NCBI RefSeq assembly: GCF_963921235.1
Contig: NC_086111.1
Span: 18,538,001-18,602,000, forward strand
DNA length: 64,000 nt
Reading direction: 5' to 3'
Source of the DNA: Mobula hypostoma
Taxonomy: Eukaryota
Shown here: one piece after another, positions 53,736 through 64,000 of the stretch
Layout of the letters: every line of letters starts with the position of its first letter
Position numbering within the stretch: position 1 is the first letter of the stretch
Position numbers and translations under genes: made by a program
The notes under the pieces: generated by a model
What the model saw: the letters and a program-made list of their open reading frames with translations, nothing else
What the model was told of the DNA's origin: nothing
Database searches by the model: none

Positions 53736-54779
53736 AAAGCAAAAAAAATCAATTTGAACTATACTAACATATTTATACTAAGAATTTATTAGTCTGGTTG
53801 TCAGCCTCCCTTATGATATACAGTAACCTTTCTAATTAGCCAATTAATAAGTCTGTACACAGAGCTGTATTGTTCCACAGAAATTACTGCTTGTTTTCCT
53901 TCCTGTACTTTGACAGAATGAATTACACCCAAGTTCATGCTCCTAAGATACAGCCCCAAAGCCAATTTATTATTATCACTGTCTTACACGAAATGAAAAT
54001 TGTTGTTTTGTGGCAGCAGTGCAAGGACGTAAAATTACTACAAATTACAAAATAAATCAATAGTGCAAAAAAGGGAACAATGAGGTAGTGTTCACAGGTG
54101 TGTGGACTGCTCAGAAATCTGATGGTGAAGGGGAAGGAGCTGTTACTGATCTCTATCAGCCAGGATGCCTTACCCCTGCATATATCTGAAATTGTTTCAT
54201 CGTAATAATAACTTGGTTTTTATACAGCACTGTGCAGAGGTCTTTGGCGCGTATATATAGCTAGGGTGCCTAAGACTTTAGCATATTCCTGTGGTAATTC
54301 TGTGTATTGCACTGAACTGATGCCACAAAAAAACATGACAGATGTGAGTAATGATAAACCTGATTCCGATGTGGGTCTCCATTGTGGACTGAGAGTGGGA
54401 AGGAGGGAGATCAGGGTTGGGAAAAGGGAGAGGGGAGGGAGCAGTAAACACTGGAGAGACACCCTGTAATTATCAGTGAGCCAGTTGTTTGGAATCAAAT
54501 GCCTGGTGCCTCAGGGCTGAGTGTCTGTGCACCCACTCCTCCTGCCAGCCTGGCACTCCTCTGCCGCCTGTCCCATACCCCTCCCACGGCACTCCACCCT
54601 CGGCATTCCCAACATCCTTTATTTCCACCGGGTTTACAAACTGTACTCTGCTCTGCGCCATATTGACAAACGGTACTGTGCAAAAGTTAGGCTCCCTAGC
54701 TATATTGAACATAGATGTATATTTAATATGTGTGTGTGTGTGGTCATAAAAATGTGAGATAAAATTAAAAATCACAAAT

Positions 54780-55505
54780 AAAGACTATATAGAATAAAAT
54801 ACAATAAATATACAAATTATATAAATATATTCAACATCAACAGGCATTAAGTAATTCTATAAGTAGGCCACATTTTTAAAAGTAGGTTTTTAGAAGTGTG
54901 TTGAAACTTTTCGCAGTACTAGCCTGGAATATCTCAGTCAGTAGAGTATTCCAGATTTTTGGTGCATAAGAGCAAAAGGCTGTGTCACCAGTTCTTGTAT
55001 GCTTGGCTCTAGGAATACTAAGCAAACCCGTATTCGTGGATCTAAGGTTACGATTAGAGATGTAAGGGAATAGACACTCAAATATACAGAGGAGCTAGAT
55101 TGCTCAGAGCGTTGTATGCAATTAAGAGTGTTTTAAAATTGATCCTAAAGGGCACGGGCAGCCAGTGTAATGATGCCAAAAGGAGTGAAATGTGCACAGA
55201 TTTTCTTTTTCTGGTTAAGATTCTTGCTGCTGTAGTTTAAACAAGCTGCAGCTGATCTATATCTTTCTTAGGCAGACTTGAATAGAGTGCATTACAGTAG
55301 TCTAATCGGCTAAAAGCAGAAGCGTCAATCAATTCTTCTGCATCTTGAGATGTTATAAGAAATCAAACTCTCGCAATGTTCCTTAAATGAAAGAACGCAG
55401 TCTTACTAACAAGGTTAATATGTGACTTGAAATTTAGCTCAGGGTCAATAATTACACTTAAATTCTTTACTTCTCACTTGATTTGTAAGGCCAGATGATG
55501 ACGTT
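54780..55505 (-). mobile_element. L2-clade LINE 3' fragment, same family as 30150-30726
   Basis: Reverse complement gives gatgcagaagaattg..ttagactactgtaatgca..aagtctgcctaagaaagatata..cagcagcaagaatcttaacc. Confidence 0.85.
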
Positions 55506-55794
55506 TACATGCTGAATTTACTCTTTTTATTTACACTGGGGGCTTCAATAGCTACAGAGTGCTTACTGTAATATAATGCTTGTCGTGCATGATCTGTAAA
55601 ACTCACTGCTGACATAAAGTGCAACAAGAACTCTTTGAGAAGGAAGTGCTTGGGCAGACCCCCGAGCCTGAAGCTACTTGAATGATCAGCCATGTTTATC
55701 AGATTTGTAAATGACAGAGACTAAAATTAATGTTGCTAAATTTGCAGTATCATTATTCATCAATCTCCCGGGGCTAAGAGAATGGCTTGTCGTC

Positions 55795-55919
55795 ATTCTG
55801 ATGATGGGTCTTGACCCAAAACATTCTCCTCCAGGGATGCTGCCTTATCGGCTAAGTTCCTCCACAATTTTGTGTGTGTTGCTCTGGATTTCCATTATCT
55901 GCAGAATCTCTTGTGTTTA
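55795..55919 (+). mobile_element. Single-arm Penelope-derived short element
   Basis: CTGATGAtgggtcttgacccAAAAcatt..aagttcctccacaattttgtgtgtgttgctctggatttcc..gcagaatctcttgtgttta. Confidence 0.7.
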
Positions 55920-55951
55920 TGAATTTGTTATTTTGTGGAGTGGAAGAAAAG

Positions 55952-56210
55952 TTATTGAATTATTTAGAGATGCAGTGTAAAACAGGCCCTTCCGGCCCAA
56001 CAAGCCACCTACAGTATTTAACACTAGCCTAATCACAGTACAATTTACAGTGGTGAATTCACCTACTAACCAGTATTTCTTTGGACTGTGGGAGGAAGCC
56101 CACATGGATCACAGGGAGAACGTACAAACTCCTCACAGACACCACCGGAATTGAACTCTGACCTCCGGAATGCCCCAAGCATTGTGCTAACTGCTAAGCA
56201 CTGTGGTGCC
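55952..56210 (-). mobile_element. V-SINE-like element
   Basis: ctttggactgtgggaggaa..ggagaacgtacaaactcctcacagac..ggaattgaact. Confidence 0.7.
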
Positions 56211-57164
56211 GAGATATATTTCCCCGGTTATTTCGATTATGTTATCATTTTGACCCATTCCCAAATAAGAATTTTGCTGGATGTTTCAGATTGACTTGAC
56301 TCGATTGAATTTTAAGACTTGACTTGAGTCTTATTGAATGGACAAATGCCATTAGAAGTAGTTCCTAAAATGTAATGGATGGCATTGTGATTGTCTTTTT
56401 GCAGATTAGATTTTGAAACAAGAGGATTAGGCTCCAGTATCTCTGCACTGTGCCTTTTATCAGTGTTTGATTCTGTTTGCATTGAGGAGGGTTCAAAGTA
56501 ATTTATACAAAGTTATTTGTATAGTTCATCTTTTTAAGATACAAGCAAAAAGCTTGATTAAAAATTTAGGGTAAAAGTTTCTTTAGAGCATAGGATCTGC
56601 CCAATTTCATGAGGTCCTGTAATTGGAACCTGAAATTCCATGGCCACAGCATAGTTTCACAGAGCCAGGAATTGTTTGTACTGCTCGTGAGCTTTCCTCA
56701 TTTCTCAGTCGAAATAGTCTCCTGATACTGTTGCTTCATTAGATGAAAATATTTGGGCTCAAGAGGAAGAATACAAATGAAACAGCAGCTTGAAAATACC
56801 ACCTGAACACTGGGCTGTCGGTGAGCTATTCCTCACAGGGTTGCCTCTGACAGGTCCATAGCGTCTCTGGCTTTCTTGCAGTTCACCACTACCAAGTGTC
56901 TTGTCATATGAAATGCAAACCCAAAGACTGACTCCTGTCCTGCATGCAATACCAAGTGTCTCATCAGGCAAGTATTAAACCTAGCTCACACTCCATGTAG
57001 CCATAAGATATGAAATGATGCTTATTGAAACCTCCTTCTTGGGGGTAGGGCACAGCACAGGTCAGCAGACATGTGAGTGGAAAATTAGCCCTGTATTTAA
57101 TTCCTGCTTGGATTACACACATGTGGGACCTAAATCTGTAACCTGGATTACCTAGTCCTCCAAG

Positions 57165-57485
57165 GTTCAGAATCAGAATCCGGTTTATTATCACTGGCAC
57201 ATGTCATGAAATTTGTTAACTTAGCAGCAGCAGTTCAATGCAATAAATAATGTAGAAGAAGAAGAATGAATAAATGAATAAATAAATAAATAAATACAGC
57301 AATTTATAGTATACGTATATTGAATAGATTAAAATCGTGCAAAAAACAGAAATAATATATATTAAAAAAGTGAGGTAGTGTTCATGGGTTCGATGTCCAT
57401 TTAGGAATCGGATGGCAGAGGGGAAGAAGTTGTTCCTGAATCGCTGAGTGTGTGCCTTCAGGATTCTGTACCTTTTACCTGATGG
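57165..57485 (-). mobile_element. Rex/Babar-type LINE 3' end
   Basis: PSGKRYRILKAHTQRFRNNFFPSAIRFLNGH; (cagaat)n tail. Confidence 0.85.
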
Positions 57486-58311
57486 GGTGCTGCCATTCAA
57501 TAAGATCACGATCAATCGACTTCAACCACCAACTTCCTGCTCCATCCACCATTCCTTGATGAAATTATATAACTCTGTTGGACGCTGTTCTGATCGCAGT
57601 GATTGAAGTTCCATAAGATTCCAGAGTAGTGAATTCAAGTTTATTTGTCACGTGTACATCAAAGCATTTCATCCAGTTTAGGAGCATCACGCTGCTGAAT
57701 GTTGAGGGAAAAATTATCTTCTCTGTCTTGGCTAAGATGATGACTGGCTGCCTTATGGGCAATGGAAACATGGACACCATTTGCCAGAAGGCAGGAATTC
57801 CAGGCTTCCCAGGATATGTGGAGCATACATCATTGATATAAGACCAGATCCAATGAGCCAAGCATGAGAAAGGTGGCCTACACGTCGAGTGGCCGGATCT
57901 TGTAAATGCCTATGGATCTGTGCCTCACCAGCTCATCAACTTTGCGATTGAGTTCTCTTACGTTCCCGACTGCATTAGAGGCCTTGTTTCCGATTCAGTG
58001 ACCTCCAGATGGGCTTCTTTTCTTGAGTCTTTACGACAGGGTGGCAGCTGCTCGCTGTCTCCCACCCTGCGTGTGGCAGCCTTCGAAATCATCCTTATTG
58101 GAGCAAAGCAGGTGGTTAGAGGGTTAAAGCAACAGTCAGGACAGAGACTTCCTCCACTGAGAAGCTACATGGATGATGTCACAAGCATTCTTCAGACAAG
58201 AAAGCTGCTGAAGAGGCTGGATGAGCTCGTGACATGGGCAAGGAGGAAGATCAAGCCTTTCAGGTCGTGAAGACTATCCCTCCGGAAAGGGGTCAGAAGC
58301 GACAACATCAT

Positions 58312-58472
58312 CTTTGTTGTAGGGGGTGAGGAAATCCCATTGTTGGCCAGGCAGCCCATCCAGAGCCTTGGGAGGCAGTACACTGCAGAACTTTGTTATA
58401 GGGGGTGAGGAAATCCTACTGTTGGCCAGGCAGCCCATCCAGCGCCTTGGGAGGCAGTACACTGCAGAACTC
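58312..58472 (+). repeat. 79-bp tandem duplication within the Hero-like RT
   Basis: ctttgtt(g/a)tagggggtgaggaaatcc..gcagtacactgcagaa starts at both 58312 and 58391. Confidence 0.92.
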
Positions 58473-59854
58473 TCTGACAGGCAGGTGAGAAAAGTAGCAC
58501 AGGAGCAGCTCACAGAGGGCCAGGCCAGAACTACCCAGAAAGTATCATCTGTGATGCTACTCCATTGTGGTCCCTGACGATCTGTAAAATTCCCTCTTCA
58601 ACAGCCAGTAGGATGGATGGGATCGCCAACTCGTACATTGGCTGAGGCTGCCTCGGTTTTTCTCGGACACTGGCCTCTTTGTTGCAGCTGCCACTGAGAT
58701 CCATCAGCCTGGTGTACAAACAGGAGAAAACTCTACTGGTAGTTGAGCTGAGGGAGTCCGCTGACTCGCTGGTGAGGAATGCTAATGCCTTAATCAATAC
58801 TGGCCGTAAACAAAGAGCAGACCAGGTCATCAGCAGGCTGCATCACCAAGCGGTTGTCGGCAGGGTCCAGGCTGGACGTGCATAACTTGGCTGGGAGAAG
58901 GCAGCATGTTTCTGGTCCAAGGGCTCAAAGAAAGAGAGGAAAGCCGATGGTAGTGGAGGATGTGTCAAGGAGCGAGCAGGACCACTGCAGGGTGAGGAGA
59001 GTGGTAACGGGCCACCAAGGAAGATGGACAACATGGGAGAGAACTGTCAACAGGCCATTCAGTTGGTCTGACCGGTGGAAGGTCCCACAAGCCAGACGCA
59101 GTTTCCTCATCGGGGCAACCTATGATACCTTGTCCTGCCCCTGAAATATTCACCAGTGAGGATAGCTGCCCTCTGAGCGATACCACCAATGCCAACCTCC
59201 AACATGTCCTGGCAGGACGTACGGGTGTGCTGTCCCAAGGGCGCTACAGATGGCAGCGTGACCAGGTCCTATAGAAGCTGGTGGAGATCTTGTAGGAGGG
59301 ATGCGAGCAGCAGCCTTTCCCCGGCAGGATGACAACTCACGCCATTTGTTAAGGCTGGTAAGAGCACTGAATGCATCTGCCCAAGAGCTACTCCAGGACT
59401 CCTCTCCACAGGCAAGGAGTGGAACATGAGGGCAGATCTCGGCAGACTTCTACAGTACCCCAGGGAAATCACCACCACATCAGTCCGCCCAATAGTAGTA
59501 CTGTGGTCCATGGCCACCAAGACAGTCTTCCTCAATGAGTTAACCATCCCATGGGAGGAAGGAGTGGAGGCTTCCCACGAGTGGGAGAGGCAGAAGTACT
59601 CAGACCAGGCAGCTGAGTGTAAGGATGTTGGCTGGAGGACCATCATCGACCCTGTGGAGGTTGGATGCCAGGGCTTTGTTGGTGCATCGATGGCAAGGTT
59701 ACTCCACAATAGGGCAGTGACTAGAGCGAGGCTCAGGAGGGCCACCGGAGAGTTGGCTGAAGAGGCAGAAAACGGCAGCTTTTGCCTGTGGCTGAGGAGG
59801 AAGGACAGAAATTGGGGTCCAACTAACCCTATTGAAAGCTGCTGGGGGTGTGGC

Positions 59855-61599
59855 AAGGAGACATCCTGCCACTGCTCTGCACCGGGAGATGTACCAGGAC
59901 TAAGGAGACATCCTGCCACTACTCTGCACCAGGAGATGTACCAGGACTAAGGAGACACCCTGCCACTGCTCTGCACCAGGAGATGTACCAGGACTAAGGA
60001 GACATCCTGCCACTGCTCTGCACCAGGAGATGTACCAGGACTAAGGAGACATCCTGCCACTGCTCTGCACCGGAAGATGTACCAGGACTAAGGAGACATC
60101 CCTGCCACTGCTCTGCACCAGGAGATGTACCAGGACTAAGGAGACATCCTGCCACTACTCTTCACCAGATGTACCAGGACTAAGGAGATATCCTGCCACT
60201 ACTCTGCACCAGGAGATGTACCAGGACTAAGGAGACATCCTGCCACTGCTCTGCACCGGGAGATGTACCAGGACTAAGGAGACATCCTGCCACTACTCGG
60301 CACCGGGAGATGTACCAGGACTAAGGAGACATCCTGCCACTGCTCTGCACCGGGAGATGTACCAGGACTAAGGAGACATCCTGCCACTGCTCTGCACCGG
60401 GAGATGTACCAGGACTAAGGAGACATCCTGCCACTGCTCTGCACCGGGAGATGTACCAGGACTAAGGAGACATCCTGCTACTACTCTGCACCGGGAGATG
60501 TACCAGGACTAAGGAGACATCCTGCCACTACTCTGCACCGGGAGATGTACCAGGACTAAGGAGACATCCTGCCACTGCTCTGCACCGGGAGATGTACCAG
60601 GACTAAGGAGACATCCTGCCACTGCTCTGCACCAGGAGATGTACCAGGACTAAGGAGACATCCTGCCACTGCTCTGCACCAGGAGATGTACCAGGACTAA
60701 GGAGATATCCTGCCACTGCTCTGCACCAGGAGATGTACCAGGACTAAGGAGATATCCTGCCACTGCTCTGCACCAGGAGATGTACCAGGACTAAGGAGAC
60801 ATCCTGCCACTGCTCTGCACCAGGAGATGTACCAGGACTAAGGAGACATCCTGCCACTGCTCTGCACCAGGAGATGTACCAGGACTAAGGAGATATCCTG
60901 CCACTGCTCTGCACCAGGAGATGTACCAGGACTAAGGAGACATCCTGCCACTGCTCTGCACCAGGAGATGTACCAGGACTAAAGAGACATCCCTGCCACT
61001 GCTCTGCACTAGGAGATGTACCAGGACTAAGGAGACATCCTGCCACTACTCTGCACCAGGAGATGTACCAGGACTAAGGAGACATCCTGCCACTACTCTG
61101 CACCAGGAGATGTACCAGGACTAAAGAGACATCCCTGCCACTGCTCTGCACCGGGAGATGTACCAGGACTAAGGAGACATCCTGCCACTGCTCTGCACCA
61201 GGAGATGTACCAGGACTAAAGAGACATCCCTGCCACTGCTCTGCACTAGGAGATGTACCAGGACTAAGGAGACATCCTGCCACTACTCTGCACCAGGAGA
61301 TGTACCAGGACTAAGGAGACATCCTGCCACTACTCTGCACCAGGAGATGTACCAGGACTAAAGAGACATCCCTGCCACTGCTCTGCACCGGGAGATGTAC
61401 CAGGACTAAGGAGACATCCTGCCACTGCTCTGCACCGGGAGATGTACCAGGACTAAGGAGACATCCTGCCACTGCTCTGCACCGGGAGATGTACCAGGAC
61501 TAAGGAGACATCTTGCCACTACTCTGCACCGGGAGATGTACCAGGACTAAGGAGACATCCTGCCACTGCTCTGCACCAGGAGATGTACCAGGACTAAGG
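59855..61599 (+). repeat. 47-bp tandem array, ~37 copies: AAGGAGACATCCTGCCACT(G/A)CTCTGCACC(A/G)GGAGATGTACCAGGACT
   Basis: Directly visible, near-identical units without spacers; 1745 bp / 47 = ~37. Confidence 0.98.
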
Positions 61600-62039
61600 G
61601 AGCGAGAGTCAATGAATGGTGGTCCCTGGCTGACGACCCTGCAGCTGGCCTAAGGGCATTGTTGGAGGTGCAGCAGGCAGCGAGGCCAAGCAGGAAACAT
61701 TTTTCTGTAAATCTCACAATGAAATGCGTCATTTGTGTTAACAATCAACACTCTCGAGGGTGTGCTGGGCAGCCCCTAAGTGTTGCCACACATTCCGGTG
61801 CCAACATAGCATACCCGCAATGCTCGGGAAAACAGCAACAGCAAAACAAGCCCAGTTCCTCACTCCCACCCACACACATACACAGTCCTCTAACCCCAGG
61901 ACAGGCTTCCAGTCCCCGGCCTCCAGTGTCCAGCGGACACTGATCTAGGGCTGCAGACCTGCCGAGACTCACAGCCATGGATCGAGTCATCGAGCCTCGA
62001 CCACCAGAGGCTCGATTCGACCCCTGGGCTCCTTGGTAT

Positions 62040-63280
62040 CGATCCCAGGATACGAAAGATTGACCGTTCTCTGAGTGAAGAAAGCACTCCTCGTCTCAGT
62101 TCTAAACGATCGGAGAGTTTGACTTGTTCCTCAGCCAGGAGAGAAAAGATCCTCTCAGTAACCAGGCTCATGAAGGCCTCTGAAGAACTGGATATTTTTC
62201 AAAGCTCTTCTAATGTTTGGTGTAGAAGCCTGGTCAACACAATCTCTCCTTGTATGATAGGCTCACTACCCTACAACCCAAACTGGTGAATTCGCTATTA
62301 GGCAGTTATATCCCTTTTTTGGGAAAGGAAATGGAAATCTGATTTTAATTTTCCCACTATCAAGGTCATATATAATTGTAACAAGACATCTTTTCTACTG
62401 AGTAATGAGGCCAGCATACTATTTGCCTTCCTAACCACTTGTATGTTAGCTTTCAGTGATTTGTGTACAAGGATATATTTTAAACATTAACACCATGCCT
62501 TGCACCGTGTAAAACTTGTTTTTCCTAGCAAAGTGGGCCCTATCTTTCAGTGTTGCTGCCCACTCAGTTAACTTGTCTATAATCTTTCTGCATTCTCATC
62601 AATGGTCACATTCCCACTAAAGCAACACAGAACTGGAGAAACTCGGTCGGTCAGCAGCTATGGAGAGGAATAAACAGTCGATATTTCAGGCCAAGACCCT
62701 TCATTGGGACTGGGAAAGAATAGGGGCCTTGTCCAGAAATATAAACTTGTTTATTCTCCTCCGAGACACTGCCTGACCCACTGAGTTCCTCTGGATTTCC
62801 AGCATCTGCATTACCTCTTGTATTTAACATTCCCACTAAATTTTGTGGGAATTCCCACTAAATCAGCAAATTTAGTAAAGTTATATTTGACCCTCTTGAC
62901 TGGATCATTAATTAGGATCATGAGTATTTGTTGCAGAAGCATCACTCTGTTCAATGCCCAGTAGCCACAGCCTGTTGACCTGAGAAGAGCCTGTTCTCTA
63001 TGAGAAAAATCTTTTGTTAACCAACTTTCAACCTACACTGATAAGTGACCTCAAAGTCTATGCCCTTGCTCACCAGCCTCCTGTGCACACATATCAAAAG
63101 CCTGACAATCTATGAAGCGCCACATCCAGAGCTTCCTTCTCATCTGTTCTGTTAGATGTATCCTCAGAGAACTTAATTAGATGAGGCAAACATAAATCCA
63201 GGTTGACTCTGCTTGGCCATATTATCCATTTCTAAAAGCCTTGATGTTACATTTTTAATAGAGACTCCAGCATTTTCCCA
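62040..63280 (-). mobile_element. Old, highly degraded CR1 remnant
   Basis: Reverse complement has gagaggatcttttctctcctggctgagg..ttcttcactcagagaacggtcaatct, aggcaaatagtatgctggcc, tttgctgat; minus-strand RT scraps. Confidence 0.55.
62622..62826. mobile_element. Short Penelope-derived inverted-arm element with 14-bp TSD
   Basis: acattcccactaaa at 62608-62621 and 62827-62840; minus-strand core cagtc-ccaatga-agggtcttggcct-GAAAt-atc-gactg. Confidence 0.8.
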
Positions 63281-63282
63281 AG

Positions 63283-63585
63283 ATTAAGATGAGCTTTATT
63301 TGTCACATGTCCATTGAAGCATGCAGTGAAATGTGCTGTTTGCATCAAATCCAATCAGTGAGGATTGTGCTGGGCAGCCTGCGAGTGATGCCAGCTTCCA
63401 GTGCCAACATAGTGTGCCCATAACTCACTAAACCTAAACATACATCTTTTGGAATGTGGAAGGAAACCCATGCGGTAATGTGGAGAAGGTACAAACTCCT
63501 TACAGAGAGTGGTGGCAATTAAACTCCAATCTTACAGCTGGCACTGTAAAGTGATTGCATTAACCACAATGCTACCATGCTGTCC
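63283..63585 (-). mobile_element. SINE/LINE-tail composite (V-SINE-like)
   Basis: tttatttgtcacatgtccattgaagcatgcagtgaaatg..ggtacaaactccttacagag..ggcactgtaa. Confidence 0.6.
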
Positions 63586-63811
63586 TACAGCCTAACACAT
63601 CAGTAGTGCTGGGTTTTCTTTCGCCTAAACAGTGGGGTCACATCTGCTATACTCTGACCTCAGGAACCATTCCAGAATCTATAGCATACTGGTAGGCAAT
63701 GGTAAAAGGATTCTATATGTGTTACAAGGGATGACTGCATGGTCATGTGTCAGTGATAGCTTTGGTATAGATTGCTGATGTGTGGGGTATGTACAAATCT
63801 CCCCCTTCATT

Positions 63812-63905
63812 TCCAGTTCTGATGAAGAGTCTTAGCCTGAAACATTGATTGTTTCTTCCTCTCCATAGATGTTGCTTGACCTGAAGAGTTCCCCTTACCA
63901 TTTTG
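63812..63905 (+). mobile_element. Single-arm Penelope-derived short element
   Basis: cagtt-CTGATGA-agagtcttagcct-GAAAC-att-gattg..ctccatagatgttgcttgacctg. Confidence 0.7.
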
Positions 63906-64000
63906 CCTGTGGAATCTCATGTGTACTGAAAGGTCTGCGTGTTTGTGTCTGTTGCACTACTTCCAGATTTTTCAAGACTCTTCCGTCTCTGCTCTGTGCT

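Larger units (their letters stand above)
57668..61715 (+). mobile_element. Hero-like non-LTR retrotransposon (RT, CCHC, restriction-like endonuclease), 5'-truncated and degraded
   Basis: QFRSITLLNVEGKI, QKAGIPGFPG, DLVNAYGSVPH, LRSYMDDVT; decayed knuckle CPLS..NLQHVLAG; RLE region SVRPIVVLWS..NELTIPWEEG..KY..PVEVGCQGFVG; splits a short repeat whose intact form is at ~63290-63330. Confidence 0.85.

Noticed and set aside
59855-61599. CRISPR-like array next to an RT/nuclease
   Set aside because: Units are contiguous with no unique spacers, there are no cas genes, and the context is vertebrate

Overview
Eukaryotic (vertebrate) genomic DNA, not prokaryotic. The repeat landscape (CR1, Rex/Babar, L2, V-SINE, Penelope-derived short elements) suggests a cartilaginous fish, probably a ray; this is inference. 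The only host gene I can support is the first coding exon of a MAPK-activated protein kinase (best match MAPKAPK3; 10642-10860, + strand). It lies in a CpG-rich promoter region and is followed by at least 53 kb of probable intron in which I could not find the next exon. The rest is a dense, often nested mosaic of decayed transposons: a TIR-to-TIR hAT/Buster element, Tc1 deletion derivatives, a GIY-YIG Penelope-like element with inverted pseudo-LTRs, about ten short Penelope-derived elements with minimal hammerhead-ribozyme-like cores, three solo LTRs, and many LINE/SINE fragments. The most unusual structures are two large tandem arrays that each grew from inside a retroelement: a ~37 x 47-bp array in the 3' UTR of a Hero-like RT/restriction-like-endonuclease retrotransposon (59855-61599), and a ~2.6-kb G-rich 24-bp minisatellite between the inverted arms of a Penelope-derived element (23365-25943). 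Most ORFs in the supplied track are spurious or transposon remnants. Repeat boundaries were read by eye and are approximate unless a TSD or TIR is cited.
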